DNA of 64,000 bases from Rhodospirillales bacterium. GTDB taxonomy: Bacteria > Pseudomonadota > Alphaproteobacteria > Acetobacterales > Acetobacteraceae. The position numbers were made by a program, and so were the translations under genes. Below are positions 48,157 to 58,319 of this stretch, in pieces. The notes beneath the pieces were generated by a model. That model saw only the letters and a list, made by a program, of their open reading frames with translations. It ran no database searches and was not told the DNA's origin. How positions within the stretch are numbered: position 1 is the first letter of the stretch; each line of letters begins with the position of its first letter. The stretch spans positions 81,336-145,335 of the forward strand of contig JAGWQN010000093.1 in the NCBI GenBank assembly GCA_028869995.1, written 5' to 3'.

Positions 48157-48195
48157 CGGCATGCGTCCCAGCATGAGCCTGCCAAGGCACGCCGG

Positions 48196-48999
48196 ATGAG
48201 ACTGCGACTCTTCACAGGCCCCGACACCGCGCAGGCGATCGCCGCCGCCCGGGCTGCGCTCGGAGCGGACGCGCTGGTGCTGGATCAACGTCGCATACGT
48301 GGCGGCGTCGAGGTAACGGCGGCCATCGATCCTGCGCACGAGGAGCCGGCGCCACCGTCCGTTATCCTGGCGCGGCACGGCATACCGCAACCACTGGCTT
48401 CGATCCTCGCCTCCTCACCTCTGGCGCTGCCCTCGCGGCTGCGCTTCGCCCCGCTTCCGCCAGGCGGTCTCATGCTCGTCGGACCACCAGGTGGCGGTAA
48501 AACACTGGCAACGATCCGGCTCGCCACGGCCGCCTTGTATGCCGGTCGCTCACCGCGCGTGGCCGATACGGATACGCGCCGGGCCGGCCAGGAGCTCACG
48601 GCATTGCTCCGCGTGCTCGGCCTCACCGTCCATCCCGATCCGACGACCGCGGATATCGTCGATACCGCCGGCAGCGACATCTTCGACCCTGCCTCGCGTC
48701 GCGAGTTGCCCGACACCTCAGCGACACGGGTGCTTGTCCTGCCTGCGGATCTCGAGCCGCTCGGCGCCGCGGAAACGGCACGCGCTTGGCGCGACCTCGG
48801 ATGTACGCACCTCATCGCCACGCGGCTCGACCTCACCAGCCGTCTCGGATCTCTCCTTGCTGCCGCTGATACAGGCCTCATCCTTACGCTCGCCAGCCTT
48901 GGCCCGGCGACGGGAGCTGCCATGACACCCGTGACCCCGTCTTTCATCGCCCGCCGCCTCTCTCGCGAACCGTCCCGGAGCCGCTCCGATGCGTCCTAA
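48196..48999 (+). CDS. flhF: Short FlhF-like SRP-type GTPase (267 aa)
   Basis: N-terminal MRLRLFTGPDTAQAIAAARAALGADALVLDQRRIRGGVEV (FlhF-type start). G1 GPPGGGKT, G3 VDTAGS, G4-like ATRLD. Only about 95 aa precede the P-loop. Confidence 0.75.
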   Translation: MRLRLFTGPDTAQAIAAARAALGADALVLDQRRIRGGVEVTAAIDPAHEEPAPPSVILARHGIPQPLASILASSPLALPSRLRFAPLPPGGLMLVGPPGGGKTLATIRLATAALYAGRSPRVADTDTRRAGQELTALLRVLGLTVHPDPTTADIVDTAGSDIFDPASRRELPDTSATRVLVLPADLEPLGAAETARAWRDLGCTHLIATRLDLTSRLGSLLAAADTGLILTLASLGPATGAAMTPVTPSFIARRLSREPSRSRSDAS

Positions 49000-49777
49000 C
49001 AACATTGTCGCCATCGCATCCGGGAAGGGAGGCGTTGGTAAAACCTGGCTTGCGATCTCGCTGGCTCGCGCGCTCGCGTTGTCGGGTCGTCGCGCACTGC
49101 TTTTTGACGGCGATCTCGGTCTGGCCAACATCGACGTCCAGCTCGGCCTGCACCCGCGTCACGATATCGCGGATATCCTTGCCGGACGTGTTGCACCGGA
49201 AGACGCTGTCCTGCATCACGAAGCTGGTTTCGATATTCTTGCCGGCCGATCCGGCAACGCCGCCCTCGCCTCATTACCCGAGACGATGCTCGCAGCGTTG
49301 GCCACGGTCCCTGGTCTGATCGCTGATCGTTATGATACCGTCATCGTTGACCTTGCAGCCGGTGTCGATGCGACGATGCGGCGCCTCACCACCGTCGCGG
49401 GCTCGATGCTGTTGGTAGCGACCGCGGAACCCACCAGCCTCACCGATGCCTATGCCGTGCTGAAGCGGCTCGGGCGGGAGTGTCCCGCGCTGGACCCGGC
49501 CATCGTCATCAATATGGCCGGAAGTCTCGCCGGAGGACGCGCCACTCATTCGACGCTGGCTCGCGCAGCCAGTCGGTTTCTCGGTCGCGCCCCGCGCCTC
49601 GCCGGCATCATCCGTCGCGATCCGGCGGTGCTTACAGCTATTCGTCGTCAGACCCTGCCTCCGCTTGCGACCGCTGCCTGCGAGGATGCAACGGCGCTGG
49701 CCAACGCTTGGTTCGGCGCCGCCGAACATGGTGGGCGATCGACCTCGCGGCGGGACGTCGCGGCAGCCGGTCGGTAG
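48989..49777 (+). CDS. flhG: MinD/ParA-family ATPase FlhG/FleN-like
   Basis: Deviant Walker A IASGKGGVGKT followed by LLFDGDLGLANIDVQLGL. It overlaps the flhF 3' end by 11 nt. Confidence 0.85.
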   Translation: MRPNNIVAIASGKGGVGKTWLAISLARALALSGRRALLFDGDLGLANIDVQLGLHPRHDIADILAGRVAPEDAVLHHEAGFDILAGRSGNAALASLPETMLAALATVPGLIADRYDTVIVDLAAGVDATMRRLTTVAGSMLLVATAEPTSLTDAYAVLKRLGRECPALDPAIVINMAGSLAGGRATHSTLARAASRFLGRAPRLAGIIRRDPAVLTAIRRQTLPPLATAACEDATALANAWFGAAEHGGRSTSRRDVAAAGR

Positions 49778-49910
49778 GTCCCCCGCCGCGTTCCACCGCC
49801 ACTGCGACGGACGGACGAAGGACCGCACGGCGCCTCGCAGCACCCGATGGTCGCGGGGTCCCCGGCGCGCGCCTGGCGGCCGGGCCCGCTCACCGCAAGC
49901 TTCGATTCGC

Positions 49911-52211
49911 CTAGCTGCCTTTGTTGATCGCCTGATAGGCGGCGATCACGGCGGTGTCGACGATGCCGCGAACCGAGGAGTCCATGGGCATGATCTGCAC
50001 CGGGTGCTCAAGCCCCATAATGATCGGTCCCAACGTCATGACGCCGCCGATGCGCGGCGCGAGCTGGGCTACAATATGCGCTGAGTGTAACCCCGGCATG
50101 ACCAGGACATTGGCCGGGCCCGTCAACCGACAGAAGGGATAGATCGCGCGGAACTGCGGATCGAGCGCCACATCCGGGCTCATCTCGCCATCGTACTGAA
50201 AATCCACCACTTCGCTGTCGAGCAGGGCGACCGCCTCGCGCATGGCGGCCCCCAGCGCGTTCATGGGGTTGCCGAAGGTCGAGTGGGAAAGCAGCGCCAC
50301 ACGCGGCTCGTGCCCGAGGCTGCGCGCCGCCGCCGCGGCACCACGGGTGATGGCGACCAGCTCCCTCGGGGTCGGCCGTTCGTGGATCAGCGTGTCGGCG
50401 AGGAAAATCGTCCGCCCACGTTCGCCCAGCATGAGCGTGAGTCCGAAGGCAATGGCCTTGGGAGCTTCCATGATCGCATGACGCACGTCGTCGAGGCACA
50501 CCGCCGCGGATCGTGTCAGTCCCGTCACCATCGCGTCCGCATCGCCGGTCGCGACCATGCAGGCGGCAAAGACATTGCGATCCTGGTTGACCATGCGCTG
50601 ACAGTCGCGCGCGAGAAAGCCTTTGCGCTGAAGACGCGAGTAAAGAAACTCGGCGTATTTGCGGTTGTTGTGCGACAGTCTCGCATTGTGCACCTCGATC
50701 CCGCTCGCGGCTCCGAGGCCAAGGCTCGCCATCGTCGCGCGCACCCGTTCCTCCCGACCGATCAGAACCGGCGTGCCGAAGCCGGCATTGCGGAACTGGA
50801 CCGCCGCGCGGACGCTTTTTTCCTCCTCGCCCTCCGCGAACACGACGCGGCGCGGCGACTCCTGGACCCGCTCGCTGATGGCATCGAGGGCGTTGGCGGT
50901 GGCGTCGAGGCGCCCGGAGAGCTCACGCCGGTAACGGGTGAGGTCGGCGAGGGGCCGCCGGGCCACACCGCTGTCCATCGCGGCCTTCGCAACGGCGGGC
51001 GGCACGCATGTGATCAACCGAGGATCGAAGGCATTGGGAATGATATAATCAGGCCCGAATTGCAGCCGTCGGCCGCCGCCGGCCGCGTTCACCTCGTCAG
51101 GCACGTCTTCACGAGCGAGCAACGCCAGCGCCTCGGCTGCTGCGATCTTCATCGGCTCATTGATGGTGCGCGCGCGCACATCGAGCGCACCACGGAAGAT
51201 GTAGGGAAAGCCGAGGACGTTGTTGACCTGGTTCGGGTAGTCGCTGCGGCCGGTGGCGATGATCGCCTGTGGCGAGGCGGCGCGGGCTTCCTCCGGCGTG
51301 ATCTCGGGATCGGGATTGGCCATCGCGAAGATAATCGGCTTCTCCGCCATGGAGGCCACCATCGGCTTCGTCAGCGCCCCCTTGACCGAGAGGCCGAAGA
51401 AAACATCGGCGCCCTCGAGCGCCTGCGCGAGCGTGCGCGCGCGCGTCTCCACGGCGTGCGCGCTCTTCCACTGGTTCATGCCCTCGCTGCGCCCCCGGTA
51501 GACGACGCCCTTGGTGTCCGCGAGCACGATATGCTCGGGCCGCATGCCCATGGCCTTGAGCAACTCGGCGCAGGCAATGGCCGCCGATCCCGCGCCATTG
51601 ATCACGAGCCGCGTCGAGGCGAGATCGCGCCCCGTCAGGTGGCAGGCATTGATCAACCCAGCCGCCGCGACGATCGCGGTGCCGTGCTGATCGTCGTGGA
51701 ACACCGGGATGTCCATCAACTCGCGTAGTTTTTGTTCGATGATGAAGCATTCCGGCGCCTTGATATCCTCGAGGTTGATCCCCCCGAAGCTCGGGCCGAG
51801 ATAGCGCACCGCGTTGATCAGCGTCTCGCTGTCCTCGGTATCGATGCACAGGTCGATACCGTCGACGTCGGCAAAGCGCTTGAAAAGTGCGACCTTGCCT
51901 TCCATCACCGGTTTGGCTGCAAGCGCGCCCAGATTGCCGAGCCCGAGCACGGCGGTGCCGTTCGAGACAACGGCGACCATGTTGCCCTTGCTTGTGTAGT
52001 CGTAAACCAAGGACGGCTCGCGCGCGATATGCAGGCACGGCTCGGCCACGCCGGGCGAGTAGGCAAGGGAAAGGTCGCGAGCGGTGGTGAGCGGTTTGGT
52101 CAGGCGGGTGGCGAGCTTGCCCGCAGGCGCCTCGGCGTGCATCGCCAGCGCCTCCTCGCCGCTGATACGGGCAGTACGGGTATCGCCATCATGGAGGCTG
52201 CCGTCGGCCAT
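49911..52211 (-). CDS. maeB: NADP-dependent malic enzyme (malic enzyme + phosphotransacetylase-like domain)
   Basis: [40 protein letters not shown], and [11 protein letters not shown], plus a C-terminal PTA-like half. The ATG at 52209-52211 (MADGSLHDG) is preferred to the longer track ORF. Confidence 0.93.
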   Translation of the reverse strand: MADGSLHDGDTRTARISGEEALAMHAEAPAGKLATRLTKPLTTARDLSLAYSPGVAEPCLHIAREPSLVYDYTSKGNMVAVVSNGTAVLGLGNLGALAAKPVMEGKVALFKRFADVDGIDLCIDTEDSETLINAVRYLGPSFGGINLEDIKAPECFIIEQKLRELMDIPVFHDDQHGTAIVAAAGLINACHLTGRDLASTRLVINGAGSAAIACAELLKAMGMRPEHIVLADTKGVVYRGRSEGMNQWKSAHAVETRARTLAQALEGADVFFGLSVKGALTKPMVASMAEKPIIFAMANPDPEITPEEARAASPQAIIATGRSDYPNQVNNVLGFPYIFRGALDVRARTINEPMKIAAAEALALLAREDVPDEVNAAGGGRRLQFGPDYIIPNAFDPRLITCVPPAVAKAAMDSGVARRPLADLTRYRRELSGRLDATANALDAISERVQESPRRVVFAEGEEEKSVRAAVQFRNAGFGTPVLIGREERVRATMASLGLGAASGIEVHNARLSHNNRKYAEFLYSRLQRKGFLARDCQRMVNQDRNVFAACMVATGDADAMVTGLTRSAAVCLDDVRHAIMEAPKAIAFGLTLMLGERGRTIFLADTLIHERPTPRELVAITRGAAAAARSLGHEPRVALLSHSTFGNPMNALGAAMREAVALLDSEVVDFQYDGEMSPDVALDPQFRAIYPFCRLTGPANVLVMPGLHSAHIVAQLAPRIGGVMTLGPIIMGLEHPVQIMPMDSSVRGIVDTAVIAAYQAINKGS

Positions 52212-52312
52212 TGGATCATTTCCCCAGACTTTTGATGACCCATTCTGCCCTGCTTCCGGGCGACCGCAAGACAGCCGTTTCGCATCTGCGGCGATGCGGC
52301 TATGCGGTGGGT

Positions 52313-54955
52313 ATGCAGCTTCCCTCCCAGCACCCATCCGCGGGCTCCGCCACGAAAACGGCCGCGACCCCGGCCATGGCGCAGTGGTTCGCGGCCAAGG
52401 CAGCGCAACCGGATGCTCTCGTTTTCTTTCGCATGGGGGATTTCTACGAGCTCTTCTTCGAGGATGCTGAGGCAGCGGCGGCCGCGCTCGACATTGCGCT
52501 GACCCATCGCGGAACGCATGCCGACAGGCCGATACCGATGTGCGGCGTGCCGGTCCATGCCGCGGAAGCCTACCTGCAGCGCCTGATCCGCCGCGGCTTT
52601 AGGGTCGCCATCGCCGAGCAGATGGAACCGCCCGGCAAGGGCCGCGCACCTATCCGGCGCGAAGTCGTCCGCCTCGTGACTCCCGGAACGCTCACCGAGG
52701 ACACGCTGCTCGAGGCAGCACGGCCGAACTGGCTGCTCGCACTCGCTCCTGAGCGCGAGATGATCGGAGCCGCCTGGCTCGACATCTCGACGGGCCAGTT
52801 CGAAACGACAACGATCCCAGGACTGCGGCTTGCCGAACTGCTGGCGCGCCTCGACCCCGCCGAGATCCTGGCTCCGGAAGGCCTTTTGCTTGAGACCTTC
52901 GCTTCCCGCCGCGCGCCCGCCCCGGCCATCGCCGATGCGGCGACGGCGCGCCGGCGCGTCGCCGCAGCCTTTAATGTCGCAAACCTCGAAGCGTTCGGCA
53001 GCTTCACGGATGCCGAAGCCGTGGCCGCAGCCGTCGCGATCGACTACGTGCGAGCCACCCAATCCGGACGCCTGCCTCGCCTGTCACGCCCGATCCGGGC
53101 GGGCGGCACCGGCCGGCTGGAGATGGACGCCGCGACCGCCGCAAGCCTCGAGATCCTGCGCGCGCGCGACGGCGGCAGCGCTCATACGCTGCTTGCCGCT
53201 GTCCGGAGGACCCGCAGCGCGGCCGGCGCCCGCCTGCTCGAATCCTGGCTGGCCGCGCCGCTCGCCGACGTGGCGCCCATCGAGTCTCGCCAGCAAGCCT
53301 GGCGCTGGCTGCTCGCACAGCCGCAAGCAGCCGGTCGCCTGCGCGAGGCCCTGCGCAGTGCACCAGACATGGCCCGGGCCCTCTCGCGCCTTTCCCTCGG
53401 CCGCGGCTCCCCGCGCGATCTCCTGGCCATCCGCGACGGCATCCGCGCCGCCCACCAGGCCGCTTCGGCACTCACCGGTGCGCCCCACATGGAAGCCCCG
53501 GCCCTGCTGGCCGACGCTGCCCGAGCGATGGGCGTCGGCATGGCCCTGCACGACCGCCTCGCCACAGCCCTCGCCGAACCGGCACCACCCCGCCTGGAGC
53601 CGGGCGCCATCGCCCAGGGCTTCGACGGCGAGCTCGACGCCGAGCGCCGCCTGCGCGACGACTCGCGGCGCGTCATCGCCGGCATGCAGACCGGTCTTGC
53701 CCAGCGCTATGGCGTCGCGGGCCTCAAGATCCGCCATCACGCCCAGCTCGGCTATGTCATCGAGGTTCCCGCCGCCGCGACCGAAAAACTGCGCGCCTTT
53801 CCCGAGTTGGCGCTGCGCCAGGGCATGGCCAACGGCGCGCGCTTCACCGCGCCGGAGCTGTCCGAGCTGGACCGGCGGATCACCGAAGCCGAAGCTCGCG
53901 CGGCTTCCCGGGAGGCAGGGATCTTCCGGGCCTTGGTGGAAGAAACGCTGGCCGAACAGGAGGGGCTTGCCGCCTGTGCCGCGGCCCTGGCCGAGGTAGA
54001 TGCGCTGCAATCTGCCGCAAGCCTCGCTGAATCGGGAACCTGGTGCTGCCCGCAGGTCACCGACACGGCAGCATTCCGCATCGCCGCGGGGCGACATCCG
54101 GTCGTGGAAGCGGCGCTCGCCGAAAACCGCGCGGCCTTCATACCGAACGATTGCGACCTCTCGCCCGGACGCCGGCTCCTGCTGCTCACAGGTCCCAACA
54201 TGGCGGGCAAGTCCACCTTCCTGCGACAGAACGCACTGGCCGTTGTGCTGGCTCAGGCAGGCCTGCCAGTACCCGCGAAGTCGGCGCTCATCGGGCTCGT
54301 CGACCGGCTGTTCTCGCGCGTCGGCGGCGCCGACGACCTCGCGCGCGGACGCAGCACCTTCATGGTGGAAATGACGGAGACGGCCGCCTTCCTCCACCAG
54401 GCGGGTCCGCGCAGCCTTGTCATCGTCGACGAGATCGGCCGCGGCACGGCGACGCTGGACGGGCTCGCCATCGCCTGGGCGGTGCTGGAGGCACTGCATC
54501 ACCGCGCCCGCTGCCGGACCATCTTCGCCACCCATTTTCACGAGCTCGCCGAGCTCGGAGCCGAACTCGCCGAGCTCTCAGCGCATGCGATGCGGGTGCG
54601 GGAATGGAAGGGCGAGGTGGTGTTCCTGCACGAGGTCGCACCGGGTGCGGCCGGCCGCTCCTGGGGCGTCCAGGTGGCGCGGCTCGCCGGCGTGCCCGAG
54701 CCGGTCCTGCGCCGCGCGAGCGAGATCCTCGCGGCGCTGGAAGCGCGGGCCGGCAAGCTCACCGAGGCGGCGGCCCTGCCGTTGTTTGCCGCGTCGCCCT
54801 CGCCCAGCGTGCCCGCCCCCGCCACCGATCCGCTTTCCCAGGCGCTGGCGGGCATCGACCCGGACCGGCTCTCGCCACGCGAGGCGCTCGACGCGCTCTA
54901 CCGCTTGAAATCCCTGGCTGCCGCGGGTGAGAATGACCCCATAGAAAAAACCTGA
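52313..54955 (+). CDS. mutS: DNA mismatch repair protein MutS
   Basis: TPAMAQWFAAKAAQPDALVFFRMGDFYELFFEDA, Walker A GPNMAGKSTFLRQ, DEIGRGTATLDGLAIA. The start is set at the ATG at 52313 (MQLPSQ...). The track ORF starts at 52211, on the same bases as the divergent maeB start codon. Confidence 0.94.
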   Translation: MQLPSQHPSAGSATKTAATPAMAQWFAAKAAQPDALVFFRMGDFYELFFEDAEAAAAALDIALTHRGTHADRPIPMCGVPVHAAEAYLQRLIRRGFRVAIAEQMEPPGKGRAPIRREVVRLVTPGTLTEDTLLEAARPNWLLALAPEREMIGAAWLDISTGQFETTTIPGLRLAELLARLDPAEILAPEGLLLETFASRRAPAPAIADAATARRRVAAAFNVANLEAFGSFTDAEAVAAAVAIDYVRATQSGRLPRLSRPIRAGGTGRLEMDAATAASLEILRARDGGSAHTLLAAVRRTRSAAGARLLESWLAAPLADVAPIESRQQAWRWLLAQPQAAGRLREALRSAPDMARALSRLSLGRGSPRDLLAIRDGIRAAHQAASALTGAPHMEAPALLADAARAMGVGMALHDRLATALAEPAPPRLEPGAIAQGFDGELDAERRLRDDSRRVIAGMQTGLAQRYGVAGLKIRHHAQLGYVIEVPAAATEKLRAFPELALRQGMANGARFTAPELSELDRRITEAEARAASREAGIFRALVEETLAEQEGLAACAAALAEVDALQSAASLAESGTWCCPQVTDTAAFRIAAGRHPVVEAALAENRAAFIPNDCDLSPGRRLLLLTGPNMAGKSTFLRQNALAVVLAQAGLPVPAKSALIGLVDRLFSRVGGADDLARGRSTFMVEMTETAAFLHQAGPRSLVIVDEIGRGTATLDGLAIAWAVLEALHHRARCRTIFATHFHELAELGAELAELSAHAMRVREWKGEVVFLHEVAPGAAGRSWGVQVARLAGVPEPVLRRASEILAALEARAGKLTEAAALPLFAASPSPSVPAPATDPLSQALAGIDPDRLSPREALDALYRLKSLAAAGENDPIEKT

Positions 54956-57819
54956 TGTCCGACCCCTCCGCCCCCGCTGGAAACGCTCAGCCCCCCACCG
55001 CCGCGGACGATACCGCCGCCGCCGGAGATTTTGAGCGCGCCGCCGAGCGGATCCGGCGGCAGCTTGCCACAGCGACGGCGGTTGGCGCGGATGGGGCGCT
55101 GCCGGCGCGGGACGAAGTACTGGGCGTGTTCCGCCGCCAGCTCGCGCATATCCAGGCCGTGGTTCGCGACAGCTTTGAGGCAGGCTCCGTCACCGGGATT
55201 GCCGCGGCCCGCCAACTCGCGCAGTTGCATGACAGGCTGATCCAGTCGCTTTTCGACTATGCCGTGGCACAGCATGCGCGACCGCCGCTCAAGCCGGCGA
55301 TCACCCTCGCGGCAACCGGCGGGTTCGGCCGCGGCCTGCTGGCGCCTTTCAGCGACATCGACCTGCTTTTCCTCACCGCCGGAGCACCCGACGAAGAGAC
55401 CCATGCCGCGGTCTCCTTCATGCTCTACTTCCTGTGGGATCTCGGGCTGCGGGTCGGCCACGCCACGCGCTCCATCCCCGACTGCATCGCCGAGGCGCGG
55501 CGGGACGCCACGATCCGCACCTCCCTTCTCGATGCGCGGCTTCTTGCGGGCGACGTCGCCATCTTCACCGATTTCCTCCGCACCTTCGCGGCGGCTTGCA
55601 CGGAGGACGGACCTGGCGGGTTCATCGCCGCGAAGCAGGCCGAGCGCGCCGCCCGCCATCGCCGCTTCGGCGACTCACCCTTCGTGGTCGAGCCCAACAT
55701 CAAGGAGGGGCGCGGCGGACTGCGGGATCTGCAGACGATCCACTGGCTTGCCCGCTACGCCTTCGGCCTGCGTGAGTTCGACAGCATCGTTGACACGGTG
55801 AATCATGCCGAAGGATTGCTCACCCAGGTGGAGTTGCGCCAGGCGCGCCGTGCGCTCGACTTCCTGTGGACGCTGCGCTTTCACCTCCACTACGTGGCGG
55901 GACGCGCCGAGGAGCGCCTGACCTTCGACCTCCAGCCGGTGGTGGGCGCGCGCATGGGCTACACGCGCCACGGTCGCCAGGACGGCGTGGAGCGCTTCAT
56001 GCGCCACTATTTCCTGACGGCACGGGAGGTTACGCGCCTCACCCATGTCTTCGAGCCGGCGCTGGTCCGCGCCGCGCTCGGGGCCCCAGCGGTCGCGGGG
56101 CGCACCGACGCCGACCTGGCGGAGGCCGGCTTCGTCCTCGCCGACGGGCGCTTGATGCCGTCCGACCCGCGGGACTTCGCCGAACGGCCGATCCAGATGC
56201 TGCGGATGCTGCAGATCGCCCGCGACCGGCGCCTCGAGCTGCATCCGCTGGCCATGCGCGCGCTGATCCGCCATGAGCGCCGCGCGCTCGATCTGCGCGG
56301 CAACGTCGCCGCAGCGTCCATCTTTCTCGAGCTGCTTTGCGGTCACGATGCCGCGCACGGCCACCCCGACGGCGCGCGCTGGCTCGGCATCATGAACGAG
56401 GCGGGGCTGATCGGCCGCCTGATACCGGACTGGGCCCGCATCGTCGGACAGATGCAGTTCGACACCTACCACATCTTCACGGTCGACGAGCACACCATCG
56501 AGGCCGTACGGATCCTCAACACGTTGGAGCGAGGCGAGCTGTCGGAGATCGCCCCCGTCGCCTCCAGCCTCGTCGATCATGTGCAGTCGCGCCGGGCGCT
56601 TTATGTGGCGATGCTGCTGCACGACATTGCCAAGGGACGCGGCGGCGATCATTCCGAAATCGGCGCGGAGCTGGCGCTGACCATCGGCCCCTCGCTCGGG
56701 CTGTCGGCCGAGGAGACCGAGATGGTTTCCTGGCTGGTGTTGCATCACCTGTTGATGAGCCAGACAGCGTTCAAGCGCGATATCGACGACCCCAAGACCA
56801 TCCTCGACCTGGTCGAGACCGTCCAGTCGCCGGAGCGGCTCAAGCTCTTGCTGATCCTCACCGTTGCCGACATGCGCGCGGTCTCGCCCAAGGTCTGGAA
56901 TGGCTGGAAAGCGACATTGCTACGCGAGCTCTATGGCCGCGTCGCCGAGGTGCTCGCTGGGGGACTGTCGACGGGCGAGCGCGACGTGCGTGTCGCCCGC
57001 GCCAAGGAAGCGGCAGCCTTGCTGCTGCCTGACTGGTCCGCCGAGGACATCGCCCGCTTCCACGCCCTCGGCTACTCGGGCTACTGGCTTGGTTTCGATC
57101 CGGAAACGCACGCCCGTCACGCCCGCCTGATCCGCGACGCCGAGGCGCGTGGATTGCCACTCACGGTGGAAACCCAGCCGCTGCCGGCGCGCGCGGTCAC
57201 CGAGGTCACGGTCTACGCTGCGGATCACGCGGGGCTGTTCAGCAAGATGGCCGGCGGTCTCGCCGTCGCCGGCGCCTCGATCGTGGACGCCCGCATCCAC
57301 ACCCTGACCAACGGCATGGCACTCGACACGTTCTGGATCCAGGACGCCGCGGGTGGCGCTTTCGACCAGCCTTCACGCCTCGCCCGTCTCGCCGTTCTGA
57401 TCGAGCAGGCACTCTCGGGCCGGCTTCGCTTCGCTGCCGAGATCCGCCGCGTCTCGAGCGCGCTGCTCGGTCGCCGCGTGCGAGCGATCCATGTGCCGCC
57501 GCGCGTCGTCATCGACAACCATGCATCCAACACGCACACGGTGGTCGAGGTGAACGGCCGCGACCGGCCCGGGCTCCTGCACGACGTGACGGCGGCGATT
57601 AGCGAGGCCGGGCTGCAAATTGCCTCCGCCCACGTGACGACGTATGGCGTGCGCGCGGTTGATGTGTTCTACGTCAAGGATGTGTTTGGCTTGAAGGTCG
57701 AGAATGAGCGCCGTCTCGAAACGCTTCGCGAGGCGCTGCTTGCCGCCCTGCAAGGTCCGGAGGAGAAGGGCCATGCGCACCCCGTTCCGCGCCGTCGCCG
57801 TCGCCTGGGCGCGGCATAG
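54955..57819 (+). CDS. glnD: [Protein-PII] uridylyltransferase / uridylyl-removing enzyme
   Basis: Nucleotidyltransferase region GGFGRGLLAPFSDIDLLFL. HD domain HIFTVDEHT...LLHDIAKG. Two C-terminal ACT-like domains. The ATG overlaps the mutS stop by 1 nt. Confidence 0.95.
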   Translation: MSDPSAPAGNAQPPTAADDTAAAGDFERAAERIRRQLATATAVGADGALPARDEVLGVFRRQLAHIQAVVRDSFEAGSVTGIAAARQLAQLHDRLIQSLFDYAVAQHARPPLKPAITLAATGGFGRGLLAPFSDIDLLFLTAGAPDEETHAAVSFMLYFLWDLGLRVGHATRSIPDCIAEARRDATIRTSLLDARLLAGDVAIFTDFLRTFAAACTEDGPGGFIAAKQAERAARHRRFGDSPFVVEPNIKEGRGGLRDLQTIHWLARYAFGLREFDSIVDTVNHAEGLLTQVELRQARRALDFLWTLRFHLHYVAGRAEERLTFDLQPVVGARMGYTRHGRQDGVERFMRHYFLTAREVTRLTHVFEPALVRAALGAPAVAGRTDADLAEAGFVLADGRLMPSDPRDFAERPIQMLRMLQIARDRRLELHPLAMRALIRHERRALDLRGNVAAASIFLELLCGHDAAHGHPDGARWLGIMNEAGLIGRLIPDWARIVGQMQFDTYHIFTVDEHTIEAVRILNTLERGELSEIAPVASSLVDHVQSRRALYVAMLLHDIAKGRGGDHSEIGAELALTIGPSLGLSAEETEMVSWLVLHHLLMSQTAFKRDIDDPKTILDLVETVQSPERLKLLLILTVADMRAVSPKVWNGWKATLLRELYGRVAEVLAGGLSTGERDVRVARAKEAAALLLPDWSAEDIARFHALGYSGYWLGFDPETHARHARLIRDAEARGLPLTVETQPLPARAVTEVTVYAADHAGLFSKMAGGLAVAGASIVDARIHTLTNGMALDTFWIQDAAGGAFDQPSRLARLAVLIEQALSGRLRFAAEIRRVSSALLGRRVRAIHVPPRVVIDNHASNTHTVVEVNGRDRPGLLHDVTAAISEAGLQIASAHVTTYGVRAVDVFYVKDVFGLKVENERRLETLREALLAALQGPEEKGHAHPVPRRRRRLGAA

Positions 57820-58291
57820 CCGGGTCATCGCCACCGGCCTGCTGTCATTCGCCCTGATCGCCGCCGCACCGAAGGCGGCGCCCTGGACCATGACGCTCCA
57901 GCAAGTCGGTCCCCACGGCACGGCCGTCGGCACGCCGGTCCGTCTGCCATGCCCGCACAGCGGCTGCGACACGACCTTTCCCCTCGTGATCGCCAGGCGG
58001 ACAGGGGATTTCCATCTTCAAGTCATGTTCGTGGCCACGGGGGCCTACCTCACGCTCGTGCCGCGCAGCCCCGGCATTCGTGCCGTGATGGAATTTTCCA
58101 CCGGCTACAAAGGGCCGATCTTCATACCGCTCCGCCGGCCGGACCAGAACAAGCAATTGCTCAAGCTGCTTGTCGTCGGTGCCCGCGACAACGGCGACCC
58201 GGTGCTGGCGAACGGACCCGTGTTCCACGCGAAGCTAAGGCCCGACGCGTACCTTCGCGTTGCCTTCACGCGGCCGCCGCAGGGCCACTAA
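57773..58291 (+). CDS. Hypothetical exported protein (172 aa)
   Basis: The ATG at 57773 gives a signal-peptide-like N-terminus: MRTPFRAVAVAWARHSRVIATGLLSFALIAAAPKA|AP. Codon usage looks coding and I recognise no family. It overlaps the last 47 nt of glnD in another frame. The track ORF starts further upstream at 57704. Confidence 0.55.
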   Translation: MRTPFRAVAVAWARHSRVIATGLLSFALIAAAPKAAPWTMTLQQVGPHGTAVGTPVRLPCPHSGCDTTFPLVIARRTGDFHLQVMFVATGAYLTLVPRSPGIRAVMEFSTGYKGPIFIPLRRPDQNKQLLKLLVVGARDNGDPVLANGPVFHAKLRPDAYLRVAFTRPPQGH

Positions 58292-58319
58292 GCCAGGCGC
58301 ACCGTCGCCGGCTGGCTGA

